In this document: positions 1 through 10,548 of the stretch, one piece after another
Layout of the letters: each line of letters opens with the position of its first letter
Numbering within the stretch: the first letter of the stretch is position 1
Virus record (IMG/VR): IMGVR_UViG_3300037010_000793
Coordinates: 1 to 64,000 of that record
DNA from: a virus
Strand: one strand, 5' to 3'
DNA length: 64,000 nucleotides
Notes under the pieces: model-generated
What the model was told of the DNA's origin: nothing
Databases searched by the model: none
Seen by the model: only the letters and a program-made list of their open reading frames with translations
Made by a program: the position numbers and the translations under genes

Positions 1-239
1 TTAGATAACGTTTTAATTGGATTTGCTGTTGGAATATCAAAAGCAATTTCATTTTTTATGTTATAAATGAATTGATCTGAGATATTATCTAAATCTAAAC
101 GTGAAATAACGTCAGATGCAGAAGTACTCTTGATAAACAAGATATACTGCCTGAATAGCTCAGTAAATTCTGGATACTGAGCTACTATCGAATCAGGTAT
201 GAAACGATCCAACGATGATATTTGATTCAAATAATTCAC
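1..239 (-). CDS. gp7: Baseplate wedge initiator gp7-like, N-terminal part (runs off window)
   Basis: GTG at 239 opens MNYLNQISSLDRFIPDSIVAQYPEFTELFRQYILF..., resembling the gp7 N-terminus of far-T4 phages; directly follows gp6. Confidence 0.6.
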   Translation of the reverse strand, partial: MNYLNQISSLDRFIPDSIVAQYPEFTELFRQYILFIKSTSASDVISRLDLDNISDQFIYNIKNEIAFDIPTANPIKTLS

Positions 240-249
240 TATTTTCTAC

Positions 250-1989
250 CTAGTTAACAGGAGTTTCGATCCAGCTGTACGTATCAGAGTCAATTAATAG
301 TAACTCATTATTGGTTTTAATAAACGGGCTTACAGTTGTAAACGTTAACGATATAACTCCATTATTTAATGGATACGAAATAATGCTATAGGTAACAGTA
401 CCTCTTAAACAATCAATAACACAAAAATCATTACCGTAAACAGTAGAACCGCAGGTAACTATATCACCGACAACTGTTTTGGTTACGGTTCCGCAATTAG
501 AAGAAAACACAATACTGTTAGCATTTATTTGATTACCAATATTAACAATCTTCGATAACGGATCACCTAAGTATTGTGTATCCATAGTTACGCTAAATAC
601 TACACTACTACTTACAATACTACGATCACTGCTATCTACTGTTGACTGAATTCTTGAAATAGGAAGATACGTATTGAACCGAATAATTTCAGAGTCATAA
701 AGCGCTTTAATATTAGCAACTATGTTAGACTTGATAACCCCCATATCGCTATCTAGTTTATCTTTATCATAAAAAATAGTTATGTTATGATTAACTTTCA
801 AATAAATAGGATCAAGCAGCACAGGTCTAATACCGCCGACAATGTAATTTATAGAAATACTTTTTAGAATTTGGTTTTTGACGTCTTGTTGCAGATACGG
901 CGATGTTCTATACTCTCTTGGTTGGACACACATATATACATGACCAAGCCGTGTAAAGTCAAACGACGCGTCATCATTCAAATCCCATGAATTTGCGTGC
1001 AATACAGTATTATAGAATATTGATTCAAGAATATACGCGTAATCTTTAACAGTTGTTGCTCTTTTCTGGGTAACTGTATTGTATAAAGTATTCTTTCTAA
1101 TATCTTCTATTGATTCGCGATTAGCACCACCTGATGGAGTAGATACAACATTGATTGAAATATACTTAGTATAGTTAATGTTATTACTAATGAATGTTGA
1201 ACTATACGAGATATTGACAGGAGCTACACCTGCATTAGCGTTAGGTCCAATCGATTCGAGATATGTAATACTGACCGTTGCATTGTTATTAGGACGGGCT
1301 GATACTACACCATCGCCAAAATAAATTTCAAACAATCCATTTGAATTTTCACGTAGATAGTAAACTTTAGATTCAGCCGCGTGCAGAATACCGTCAATAG
1401 CATATTCCCAAGAGATGCCGTCAATACTGACGCGTATCGTTTTTGTATCACAGTTTAACGGCATAACAATGGCGCTTTGCTCATTAAATGGTATATTAAG
1501 CTCTCGTTGAACACCTTCGTACAATACGATGTTTGATAACGATAAATCTCCAAACGAGTTATAAATCGTGTAGCTTTTTAAAGTGCTAAACGTCATTAGT
1601 TTGTCCAGCAATTTAACAGAGAAAATTGAATTAATTGGAACGGTTACTTGCTCAGGTAATGCTAATCCATCAGCTATAATAGAAGCTGTATCTAACGTAA
1701 TACCGATAGTCATAGTAGCTGACGTTCTAGATGAAGGAATATAACCTTTTGACTTAGCGTTAGCAACTACGTTTTCTCTTAGCGTTGCTGTATCTAAGAA
1801 TGATTCATTCAACGCAAACGAATTATATACATTTGTGAAGTAAGCAGAGTACGCTAACATATCAACCAAATACGATATGTTACTACCACCAAAGTTAATA
1901 TCTGAGAACCGAGGATTACTTGAAATAAAGTCAATCAGGTTTTGCTTAATACCATCATATGATATAAGGGATAAGTCTTGTTGCAACAT
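250..1989 (-). CDS. gp6: Baseplate wedge subunit gp6
   Basis: FSDINFGGSNISYLVDMLAY, ESFLDTATLRENVV, FEIYFGDGV, GGANRESIEDIR, QKRATTVKDY motifs; follows gp25. Confidence 0.93.
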   Translation of the reverse strand: MLQQDLSLISYDGIKQNLIDFISSNPRFSDINFGGSNISYLVDMLAYSAYFTNVYNSFALNESFLDTATLRENVVANAKSKGYIPSSRTSATMTIGITLDTASIIADGLALPEQVTVPINSIFSVKLLDKLMTFSTLKSYTIYNSFGDLSLSNIVLYEGVQRELNIPFNEQSAIVMPLNCDTKTIRVSIDGISWEYAIDGILHAAESKVYYLRENSNGLFEIYFGDGVVSARPNNNATVSITYLESIGPNANAGVAPVNISYSSTFISNNINYTKYISINVVSTPSGGANRESIEDIRKNTLYNTVTQKRATTVKDYAYILESIFYNTVLHANSWDLNDDASFDFTRLGHVYMCVQPREYRTSPYLQQDVKNQILKSISINYIVGGIRPVLLDPIYLKVNHNITIFYDKDKLDSDMGVIKSNIVANIKALYDSEIIRFNTYLPISRIQSTVDSSDRSIVSSSVVFSVTMDTQYLGDPLSKIVNIGNQINANSIVFSSNCGTVTKTVVGDIVTCGSTVYGNDFCVIDCLRGTVTYSIISYPLNNGVISLTFTTVSPFIKTNNELLLIDSDTYSWIETPVN

Positions 1990-2008
1990 TTATCAGTAAT
2001 CCTTTATT

Positions 2009-2392
2009 TTATCTATTTAGTGCGATAGCCATAGTAAAACCGCCAGCTGTGTTAGACTGCTTAATGACATATTCTATTTTAATTTTAATTTCATTAGAAT
2101 CGTAACTGCCAATAACGTCAACAGACGCCAATATAACTCTAGGTTCGTATTTATTAATGCAATATTCAACTTGGTCTTGAATTTGACTTACTAAAATCGG
2201 AGTATACAATTCACCGATCAAATCTTTAATAATAGTTCCCTTATCTCTTGCAAATGGAATTGAACCATCCTTCGTTAGAATTAAATTACGAATAGCATTA
2301 TTAATTGCAGCGCTATCAATTAAACGAGAAATGTCTTTTGTTACTGGATGTAGCACAGTAATATCAAAATTTGGATCAGTGTAAACAGCCAT
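2009..2392 (-). CDS. gp25: Baseplate wedge subunit gp25
   Basis: HPVTKDI, AINNAIRNLILT, INKYEPRV motifs; size and synteny. Confidence 0.93.
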   Translation of the reverse strand: MAVYTDPNFDITVLHPVTKDISRLIDSAAINNAIRNLILTKDGSIPFARDKGTIIKDLIGELYTPILVSQIQDQVEYCINKYEPRVILASVDVIGSYDSNEIKIKIEYVIKQSNTAGGFTMAIALNR

Positions 2393-2402
2393 AATTACTC
2401 TT

Positions 2403-3233
2403 TTAATTAAGTTGAATTGCAGAAGCAGTTATTTTAGTAGCACCGCTAGACGTTAGATTATTGGCGCTTGAATTTGTAGTAATATTACCGCCAACAGTTA
2501 ACGTACAATTTCCTGTAATATTTATATTCATGTCTGCACCAATTGTTATTGTTTGTGATCCACCAACAACATGTTTACCCTCACCAGTAACATGATTATA
2601 ATTTGATCCGCTAGTTCTATGTACAATGTCTCCGCTAGCTTGCATTTCGGTATATGTACCTGATTTATGCCAAACCATAATACGCTCATGACCTGGTGTA
2701 TCATCTAATTCAATAACGTGCCCTGATAACGTTTCTGTTACTTGATTATAAGGATATACAGCAGCATAAGAACTAGCGGGGAACCCGTTTGAAGTATCTT
2801 TATTAGCGTTAATAGTGCTTCCTAGATTTGCGCCTCTACCGAGCCGGTTTGTGTCAGGCTCACTCATTCTGCTTTTTATTGGTAGTTTACCAGTCTTGTC
2901 TTTAAATGTGTTAGGGTAGTTGCTGATTTGATCTGAGCTGATACCCTGAATAACTCCAGTGACTAATGGTATTTGTTGATCAACACCGTCAAGAAACGAT
3001 ACGGTTACAATAGATGAATTTTTCAATCCATGAATTGTTGTACCAATGCCAGTCACCCCGGCGCTTGTACATGGCATTTGCACCAAAGCCCATATTAAAT
3101 CATCATTTGATAGCTCGGTAGCATTTGATTCGTTAAAGCCGAATAATCTAACTTTAACTCTATTAGCCTTTAGCGGGTCATTAATATCTACAACGGTGCC
3201 CATGTATATTGAAAAGTCATTTGGTGTTATCAT
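2403..3233 (-). CDS. gp5: Baseplate hub/needle gp5, short form without lysozyme domain
   Basis: OB-fold GTVVDINDPLKANRVKVRLFG; YPYNQVTETLSGHVIELDDTPGHERI; C-terminal beta-helix repeats. Confidence 0.9.
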   Translation of the reverse strand: MITPNDFSIYMGTVVDINDPLKANRVKVRLFGFNESNATELSNDDLIWALVQMPCTSAGVTGIGTTIHGLKNSSIVTVSFLDGVDQQIPLVTGVIQGISSDQISNYPNTFKDKTGKLPIKSRMSEPDTNRLGRGANLGSTINANKDTSNGFPASSYAAVYPYNQVTETLSGHVIELDDTPGHERIMVWHKSGTYTEMQASGDIVHRTSGSNYNHVTGEGKHVVGGSQTITIGADMNINITGNCTLTVGGNITTNSSANNLTSSGATKITASAIQLN

Positions 3234-4393
3234 TTATGTAACCTCTTCAAGTACAATCTCTGGAAAAAAGTATCACCTAACATATGAATACACTTTGAAA
3301 TAACGTATCTACCATCTAAGAACGGTTCGTCTTCTTTTTTACCATCTTTATTAACCTTAACAGAAAGAGTCTTGAGTGTTACACACTTTCCAATAACGTT
3401 TGCATTATTACCTGGCACTTTTATCGATATTACTAAATCGTTAAATGTCTTATCAATAATATATCTTCCTTGGATTATATCGTCAAGGTGGGTATTATCA
3501 AATCCAGGAACAGCATTACCGTACGAGTACCTAAACAACCTTGTTGTGTTTGGCGTAATATTTTCATTCACTGTCTGTCTACCTGTATCATTAGTCTTTA
3601 CTTGGCCTGGAATGTATTTCTTACTAAACGGGTCAAACATACTAAGCTTGGAAGAATAACCTAAATTGTTCATCTCAATAAAATCACCGTTACTCTCGAT
3701 CTTAAATTCATCATACATGATATGACTTAACGAAAATTGATCTGTGTCAGTCTTAGCGATAAACGTCATGACCTCTTTTTCTTTTAAAGTATCAACAATG
3801 TTTGACAATACATACTTGAAAGGAGTTTTGTAAAATCTATAGCCAACACCATCTGATTTTTTAGATATCGCTCGCGAGCATAGAAAATCAACAATGTTGT
3901 TGCCTGACCAACTATTAAAGACAAAATTCATATTCCATTTAGTTTCATCTAATTCTATAGGTAGCTTAGACTTTATATGGTTTGAAACAAAACTCTTTAA
4001 TTGATCGGTGATAGTACCATTTGAACCTAGACTATAGTACGCGATCATTTTGGGATAGTCAATATCAACCAAATCAAGCTGATAGTATCTTGCACCACTA
4101 TTATCGCTGCTTGTCTCTTTGATAACTGAAACAATCATTTGGTGATTATAAGCTAGTTTTGAATCACCTACTTGATATGTAACATCAATCTGCTCCCCTC
4201 CTCTTATTTGATACTTAGCGAAGAAGTCGTATCGGTCTAAAATGTTAATCGCAGCAATAGGAGTAACACGTTCAATATCATAGTCTATAGTCATGCCATG
4301 AAACATTTCAGTGATTATATACTTGACTTTGTTAATAACCATGCTTATTTCTGTGAGACTATAACCGCCTCTTGATTTAATTAACTCTGCCAT
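3230..4393 (-). CDS. Baseplate hub protein, gp27-like
   Basis: 387 aa between gp53 and gp5; C-terminal VPGN..IGK..GRYVISKCIH pattern typical of hub proteins. Confidence 0.6.
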   Translation of the reverse strand: MAELIKSRGGYSLTEISMVINKVKYIITEMFHGMTIDYDIERVTPIAAINILDRYDFFAKYQIRGGEQIDVTYQVGDSKLAYNHQMIVSVIKETSSDNSGARYYQLDLVDIDYPKMIAYYSLGSNGTITDQLKSFVSNHIKSKLPIELDETKWNMNFVFNSWSGNNIVDFLCSRAISKKSDGVGYRFYKTPFKYVLSNIVDTLKEKEVMTFIAKTDTDQFSLSHIMYDEFKIESNGDFIEMNNLGYSSKLSMFDPFSKKYIPGQVKTNDTGRQTVNENITPNTTRLFRYSYGNAVPGFDNTHLDDIIQGRYIIDKTFNDLVISIKVPGNNANVIGKCVTLKTLSVKVNKDGKKEDEPFLDGRYVISKCIHMLGDTFFQRLYLKRLHK

Positions 4394-5196
4394 TATAACC
4401 CGCTATCTTCTAAATATTTTCTAACAACTTCCATTGCATCATTTTTATACTCTGGCGATATCATGTTGATGAATCGTTTACTATCATTAACAGCAGCTTC
4501 GTACTGATAAAACGTATATGAAATGACTCTATCTATAGGAGCAAATGCTGGATTTTGGAAATAAACTGCACCATTGTATACATAGTGTCTAATCGAATCA
4601 CCATACTTAATATTATCAAACTCTTGATCCGGTATAATATCACTAACTGGTTCAACATACCCAGCTTCGAAGTATCCTTCAGTTACATACACATTTTTAG
4701 ACGCTTTACTAGATACCGGCACATAAGAATCAACTAGCTTATAATAAAGACTGGGTTTATCAACCCATCTTGATAAAATCACTTGTTTTCTAGTATAATC
4801 GATTTCAGTTATAGGAACAATTTCACCTGTGCTAATATCAGTTGCAATTAGCTCAATAGAAGGTTCATCTGGGAATAGCTTAAACGAGGAGCTTAACTTC
4901 AAACATGATACACCGTATGTAGCTTCTACGTATTCCAACAATGATTGAGCAGATCTAGGTTCATTGAATACGAGACCAGGGTTAACCAAATAAATCAACC
5001 AATACAAGCGATCATCATCGTATAGTTTATACGCAATATCGTTTACAGTCTCAGACTCATTAATGTAATATGATGACAGATATTTTGACATATCATTAGT
5101 TACTTTAATAGTCGTCGATATATCTACCAGCTTTAAACCATTTACTTCTGCAGTTTTGAATAAATCAAAATAATCATACATATTTTTGTTGTCCAA
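4393..5196 (-). CDS. gp53: Baseplate wedge subunit gp53 (LysM-like)
   Basis: IAYKLYDDDRLYWLIYLVN and YEAAVNDSKRFI motifs. Confidence 0.88.
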   Translation of the reverse strand: MDNKNMYDYFDLFKTAEVNGLKLVDISTTIKVTNDMSKYLSSYYINESETVNDIAYKLYDDDRLYWLIYLVNPGLVFNEPRSAQSLLEYVEATYGVSCLKLSSSFKLFPDEPSIELIATDISTGEIVPITEIDYTRKQVILSRWVDKPSLYYKLVDSYVPVSSKASKNVYVTEGYFEAGYVEPVSDIIPDQEFDNIKYGDSIRHYVYNGAVYFQNPAFAPIDRVISYTFYQYEAAVNDSKRFINMISPEYKNDAMEVVRKYLEDSGL

Positions 5197-6066
5197 TTAT
5201 ATCGGGAAATTTACGCCAGGTGTGTCATTGGAATTATCAACGTTAGCACCCGCAGCTGCTGAATCTTTAGCTGAAGGTGGATTAACTACATCGTTATTAT
5301 CGCTTGAGAATAATTTACCAACAGCCTTTAATCTTTCAAACCCACCAATTCGCTTGCTTTGCGCCGATAACGACTTGGTCATCTCTCTCATAGATAACGT
5401 AATAGTGACCATGGTGGGTTCACCATTTAGAAAACTTGACCAAGTTGATCCACCGTTGTACGTTACTGACATGTTTTCACAAACCCAATTAGCTTCTGTA
5501 GCTGGCTTGAGATAATCAAATGTATCAGAATTGCTTGGTGTTGTAAACTTAAGACCGAACGCATCCGGAAATGATAACGCTTGTGATTTTTCAAAACCTT
5601 GACGACTAGGTAAAATGCTAGATCTTAGGGTTGAGATAATTTCTGAAACAGTATCTGAATCTTTTTGACTTCGGGGCATCAAATCCCATGTTAACGTTAA
5701 TACTCGGAGATTCACGCCTTTGAATAACGGTGTAACGTTAGGATCAATAATAGTGCCTGTTGACAAAGATGCCATATCATATGAATAAGCAGATTCTAAC
5801 GCAACTTTTCCAGCGTGTTGCACCAAACCAGCGTAGTTCAAATCGACCGAAGTCGTTCGAACTTCACTAAAATTTAACATATAATTTTCGCCAAGACCTG
5901 AATTAGGCGGAGGTAAAACTATTGAACCATTTTGTTTATAATCAGGTCTAAAGTCATCACGAGTAGACGACTTAGTTAAATCTGTTAGCGATTTACCGCC
6001 TATTTTAAAAATGTTAATGGTAAAAAACGTAGAGCCTTTATAACCAACCGGGTATCTTAATTGCAT
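5197..6066 (-). CDS. gp48: Baseplate tail-tube cap gp48
   Basis: LRYP, DPNVTPLFKGVNLR..TWDLMPRSQKDS, ITLSMREM motifs. Confidence 0.85.
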   Translation of the reverse strand: MQLRYPVGYKGSTFFTINIFKIGGKSLTDLTKSSTRDDFRPDYKQNGSIVLPPPNSGLGENYMLNFSEVRTTSVDLNYAGLVQHAGKVALESAYSYDMASLSTGTIIDPNVTPLFKGVNLRVLTLTWDLMPRSQKDSDTVSEIISTLRSSILPSRQGFEKSQALSFPDAFGLKFTTPSNSDTFDYLKPATEANWVCENMSVTYNGGSTWSSFLNGEPTMVTITLSMREMTKSLSAQSKRIGGFERLKAVGKLFSSDNNDVVNPPSAKDSAAAGANVDNSNDTPGVNFPI

Positions 6067-6072
6067 GTGTTA

Positions 6073-7734
6073 TTATCTCATCGGCTTATTATTTTGTTGT
6101 GTATTGAATATGCTAATATTCGAACTATTGCTTGAACCACCAATATTAAGATTATTATTGCTTTGGTTGGATTGCTGTGTATTTAGTTGCGATTGTTTAG
6201 TATCTGCAAGGCGTCTAGATTCAGTAGTAACCGCAGTATCTAAACTTTCAACAGGCGATATTTGTTTAAAATCATATAAGTTGCTTTCGGGAACATCGTC
6301 AAGCTCAATTCTGCCAATATTATTAAGGTTTTTCTCTAATAGCTGTCTATTTGTTTGAATCTCTGTTTGACTATTACTAGTTTGACTATTACCAGATTGA
6401 CCATTACCTGTTAAATAATTGATCCATTTTTGAATCATAGTATTCTGTTCAGACTGTTGATCAGTACTACCTAAACCACTAACTTTATTTCTATCAAACT
6501 CTTCCTTAGTAACAAATGTCAGGTTTTCACCGTCTGAAACTAGTTTTTTAGCACCAGGTAAATTGCCAGCTGTGTTATTCCATAAGTCTGCAACACCATC
6601 TATAAGGAACTTCTTACCGTCCTTAATAACTTCTGATATTTTATCCATGTGATCAAATATATAATCAAATGCGTCGAATAATAGAAGTCCAATCGCAGCA
6701 ATACGACCAATCGGGGTTAGCTTCATTATCATCTTGCCAAGATTTTTAATCCAACCAAAAATCTTATCTTTAAGCATTACAACAGCACCTATTAAACCGA
6801 GCTCAATAGCGCTTAACAGTAAACCAACATTGGATAGTAAAGATGATGTGTACGGGTTAATTATTTTAGACGCCTCACCAACTATGAACGAAGTCTCTGG
6901 CTTTTTATCTTTTATAGCTGATACTTCACCTCTATCAACTGCTTCTTTATTATCCATAAGCTGTTCGTATGCTATATCTGCCATATTTTCTAGTACTTGG
7001 AATTGGCCTTCAATTGGTTCTCTAATACTCTCGATAGCCTTTAATTCACGCTCTACTAAATCAGTGTGTATAACTTCACCGGTATATATTTTTTCTAGTA
7101 CTTGGAATTGACCTTCAATTGGTTCTCTAATACCTTCAATGGTCTTTAGTTCTTTTGAATCTTTTGAACCTTCAATGGTCTTTAGTTCTTTTGAATCTTT
7201 TGAACCTTCAATGGTCTTTAGTTCTTTTGAACCTTCAATGGTCTTTAGTTCTTTTGAACCTTCAATGGTCTTTAGTTCTTTTGAATCTTTTGAACCTTCA
7301 ATGGTCTTTAGTTCGGTGCTATCACGTTTAGATTGATTTGAACATTTTAAATCTTCAACAGCCTTTAATAAGGCTGGCATCAGTTCAAGCGTTTTTAATT
7401 CATCAGCAATATCAAAACCGACCGCTTTTATTGTTGAATTGATATCACTAAGCGTTGTTTCTTGATGGGTTTGTTTTCCTTCTTTGCTTTCTTCTTTTGA
7501 CTTTTTCATGTTCTTGAAGTAGGCGCGAACATCGCTAAAAGCTGACACAAGTAAACGTCCAGCTGGGATTTCTTGAATTATTGAATCTTTAGCAGCATCA
7601 AGCATAGTAGATACTGTTTTTGGAATAAAGTTCTTTGCTTTATCTGCTCCACTTGCAGCTCGGGTACTGATATTAGCTTTTAGATCATATCTAATCTGTT
7701 TCAGCGTATCATTTATCTCAGTAAAAGTTGACAT
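6073..7734 (-). CDS. Tape measure / gp29-like baseplate hub protein with internal tandem repeats
   Basis: 553 aa, helical, with hydrophobic segments; position between gp51 and gp48 matches T4 gp29. Confidence 0.6.
   Translation of the reverse strand: MSTFTEINDTLKQIRYDLKANISTRAASGADKAKNFIPKTVSTMLDAAKDSIIQEIPAGRLLVSAFSDVRAYFKNMKKSKEESKEGKQTHQETTLSDINSTIKAVGFDIADELKTLELMPALLKAVEDLKCSNQSKRDSTELKTIEGSKDSKELKTIEGSKELKTIEGSKELKTIEGSKDSKELKTIEGSKDSKELKTIEGIREPIEGQFQVLEKIYTGEVIHTDLVERELKAIESIREPIEGQFQVLENMADIAYEQLMDNKEAVDRGEVSAIKDKKPETSFIVGEASKIINPYTSSLLSNVGLLLSAIELGLIGAVVMLKDKIFGWIKNLGKMIMKLTPIGRIAAIGLLLFDAFDYIFDHMDKISEVIKDGKKFLIDGVADLWNNTAGNLPGAKKLVSDGENLTFVTKEEFDRNKVSGLGSTDQQSEQNTMIQKWINYLTGNGQSGNSQTSNSQTEIQTNRQLLEKNLNNIGRIELDDVPESNLYDFKQISPVESLDTAVTTESRRLADTKQSQLNTQQSNQSNNNLNIGGSSNSSNISIFNTQQNNKPMR
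7132..7314 (-). repeat. In-frame tandem repeat with 27/36-bp units, six copies of ELKTIEG(SK)(DSK)
   Basis: accttcaatggtctttagttcttttga(atcttttga) units start at 7132, 7168, 7204, 7231, 7258 and 7294. Confidence 0.97.
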
Positions 7735-7741
7735 TATCGAC

Positions 7742-8578
7742 TCACTTATTCTTTATTCTTGATTCTTCTTCTTTGATATACCCCAGAACTTCATTGATGT
7801 ATATCTTATATTCGAATGGCTTCATCTGTTCTATATCTGCGATGGATAAACCAAAATCTTTTGCTAATCTAAAACTGGTTTTATAAAACGTTGCTACATT
7901 AATATGAAACGTTGTTATTTTAAAAACATCAGCAATTCCTGATAAACTGATACTGTTCTTAGCATAGCAATGCGGACATATCCACTGCTTAGTTAATTGA
8001 TATTTATTATTACTATATAACCAATCCATAATATATTCAACATCACTGGAAACAAGAGACTCAATAAATTCGACAAGCTCATTAGATGAAACGTTGCTAA
8101 TATCAAATTCAACATCACCTGTTTTAATAATGTTGACAACGTATCTGATGTCAGTAATATCATTTTTAGCTTTAACTAAGTCAGATAAACTAATATGCTT
8201 TAACACGATACTAGTTTCTTCATCTACATTAACGATATTACTGACATTATTTTTTGTTAATTCAAAATCATCAAGACTTATTTTAAACGGAATATCAGTT
8301 TTGCATTCACGACACCCAACGCTAAGCTCGATAATAGAGCCACAACTAATGCGACATATCTGAACAAATACCCATTGGAATTCATCAACGCTAAGAGTAT
8401 CTGGATCTAATGTACTATAACTAGATATTACTTGACGCATCATTTCGATACAATCTTCTACCTTCGCTTGTTTATCAGACAACGCCATCCACTTGTATTC
8501 CTTCATGCTAAAGGGCGATACAAAAAAACTCCTACCGGAGATAGGAGTTTTTAGTGATGTTCTGAGCTCAACGCTCAT
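7742..8578 (-). CDS. gp51: Baseplate hub assembly catalyst gp51 (gp26 paralog)
   Basis: gp26-like N-terminal domain with CxxC pairs, plus a C-terminal FYKTSFRL..IADIEQMKPFEYKIYI gp51 signature. Confidence 0.8.
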   Translation of the reverse strand: MSVELRTSLKTPISGRSFFVSPFSMKEYKWMALSDKQAKVEDCIEMMRQVISSYSTLDPDTLSVDEFQWVFVQICRISCGSIIELSVGCRECKTDIPFKISLDDFELTKNNVSNIVNVDEETSIVLKHISLSDLVKAKNDITDIRYVVNIIKTGDVEFDISNVSSNELVEFIESLVSSDVEYIMDWLYSNNKYQLTKQWICPHCYAKNSISLSGIADVFKITTFHINVATFYKTSFRLAKDFGLSIADIEQMKPFEYKIYINEVLGYIKEEESRIKNK

Positions 8579-9246
8579 TAAGATACAAATTCCTTAATAC
8601 CATCTGCTGTAATTTCATTAACGTGACCGCATGAGTGGCAATTCCAGCTATGGGTTGCTGTGATGCTACCAGTATTCTTTACCCATGCTAATATAAGATT
8701 TAACTTATCTGATTCTAAAGAATCCATAAATTCAGATAGATCAGAATCACTGACGTCATTAGGTTTGTACACATCCACATCATCATAGATATAATCAATA
8801 ACACTTCTGAATAATGCAAGCTCATCAGTAAAGTTTAGAGTCATAACATCATTAATGTTTGGTGTCTTTAAGTATACACCGATATTATCAGTAAGCTCAA
8901 TTTGTGGATTCATCTTTTCTGGCGCAGTCACTTCAAATCGATTCAAATCGATTGTTGTTTCAGACGTTGAACCACAATTACTGCATTTAGCAGCTACTTT
9001 AACGTCGTATCCTAAAGATAAGCCACGGATTTGCAAGAATAACCAGCTAATCTCAATAACATTCAACTTTGAAACATCAGCGTCTGTGCATGACTCGATG
9101 ATCTTTACGATGACATTAAGCATATTATCATTATTGATTTCTTTCATCAACTTCTGATCTTTCAGCGTTATTTTAGACACGTTAACATCAATATTAGTAA
9201 TCGGTGTTTTGAATTTTGTATATTGTTTTTTAATTTTTGGTAGCAT
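8578..9246 (-). CDS. gp26: Baseplate hub assembly chaperone gp26
   Basis: MLPKI, WLFLQIRGLSLG, CSNC...CHSCG, GIKEFVS. Confidence 0.88.
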   Translation of the reverse strand: MLPKIKKQYTKFKTPITNIDVNVSKITLKDQKLMKEINNDNMLNVIVKIIESCTDADVSKLNVIEISWLFLQIRGLSLGYDVKVAAKCSNCGSTSETTIDLNRFEVTAPEKMNPQIELTDNIGVYLKTPNINDVMTLNFTDELALFRSVIDYIYDDVDVYKPNDVSDSDLSEFMDSLESDKLNLILAWVKNTGSITATHSWNCHSCGHVNEITADGIKEFVS

Positions 9247-9255
9247 GTTTGTTCC

Positions 9256-10524
9256 TTAAAACGGTTTGACGGGTTTAATTGGTTTTGATGGCACGTTACC
9301 AATTAGCGTTTGTAGCTCTTTAATTGCAACGCTCTTTGCGTATGCTGATGTTGCATTGGGCATGCCAAGAATGATATTTTGTGATTGTCTATTTAATACT
9401 TTACTTAGCGCTGGGTCTTGCGTTAAACCGCCAATTACAGATCCAATAGCAGGCGCTGCTGCCTTCCTTAATTCCCCGCCAGCATCGAATTTAGTACCAT
9501 TGATTTTAGCAGCAACAAATTTAGTTGCCATGGTCTTAGCAACATCCATTACTCTAGAATCCAGTACTTCATTAGCTCCACCTAGGAATCCAGAAACACT
9601 ATCTTTAGCAGATAAGTACCCTTGTTTTAACTCGCCTAACCAATCTCTAGGAGCTTCACCTTCACCAGGTGTTGTACCAAAACCACTAACGCTTAAATCA
9701 CCGAATGAATCCTTTAACCCTTCTGGTAAATATCCGCTAATGTTTGAACCAATACCGGTAACTGATGTTACTATATCTGTCATAAACGGGTTTGAAGAGC
9801 TTCCAGATATCATATCGATTAAATCACCATGACCGTCATGAGCAGCATTAGCAACCATATCTGTCGCATCGAAAGTTACTGTTACGCCAAGCATTGCACT
9901 AACGTTACTATAGCTTAATTCATCATGTGAAATTGCAGTTGGGTATGCACCTATGATAGTCCATGTATTAATAATAGTACCATCGTCGCTAATTAGATCA
10001 ACTTCAATATCTTTGGTATATTGATCAGCATAATTTGCATAGTTCTCAGAATTACCGTCTGGTTTATTGTATACAACTGAGTGTTTAAGCGTTCCTGCCA
10101 TCCATTCATCGAAAAAAACTAGATTATCATTGAGCTGAAGTTTGCTATCATATGACGTATAGAATTGAATAGTTAATTGAGCAATATCAGTGGCGTACGC
10201 AGTTTTCAATGTACGACCAACGACGTAATTATCATCATTTCTTGTTTGGATTGTTCTGCTAGGTAAACCAACTGTATGAGCTAGGATATAATCGGTGCCG
10301 CCAATGCGAACCATATATCGGCTAGGCTTAACTAACGAGGATGCATCTGATAGTAATTTATCAATACCATAGTTAACACCTTCAGTTACGTTGACTGTAA
10401 AAGGCTGACTGCTTAACCCGCTCATTAATCCAGACGTGAGTTTACCTGCCTTGGACAGAATAGATGGTAGCATATCTTCTTGTAATACTACACCGTCCAC
10501 ATCAAAATTATCCCATTCGCTCAT
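9256..10524 (-). CDS. gp54: Baseplate tail-tube initiator gp54 (tail-tube fold) with C-terminal extension
   Basis: KPSRY, LPSRTI, FDEWM, GAYPTAISHDELSY, VTVTF tube-fold motifs. Confidence 0.75.
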   Translation of the reverse strand: MSEWDNFDVDGVVLQEDMLPSILSKAGKLTSGLMSGLSSQPFTVNVTEGVNYGIDKLLSDASSLVKPSRYMVRIGGTDYILAHTVGLPSRTIQTRNDDNYVVGRTLKTAYATDIAQLTIQFYTSYDSKLQLNDNLVFFDEWMAGTLKHSVVYNKPDGNSENYANYADQYTKDIEVDLISDDGTIINTWTIIGAYPTAISHDELSYSNVSAMLGVTVTFDATDMVANAAHDGHGDLIDMISGSSSNPFMTDIVTSVTGIGSNISGYLPEGLKDSFGDLSVSGFGTTPGEGEAPRDWLGELKQGYLSAKDSVSGFLGGANEVLDSRVMDVAKTMATKFVAAKINGTKFDAGGELRKAAAPAIGSVIGGLTQDPALSKVLNRQSQNIILGMPNATSAYAKSVAIKELQTLIGNVPSKPIKPVKPF

Positions 10525-10548
10525 AATATACCCACTAGCATCTTTCTA

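Noticed and set aside
7132-7314. Possible CRISPR array
   Set aside because: Contiguous in-frame coding repeats with no unique spacers
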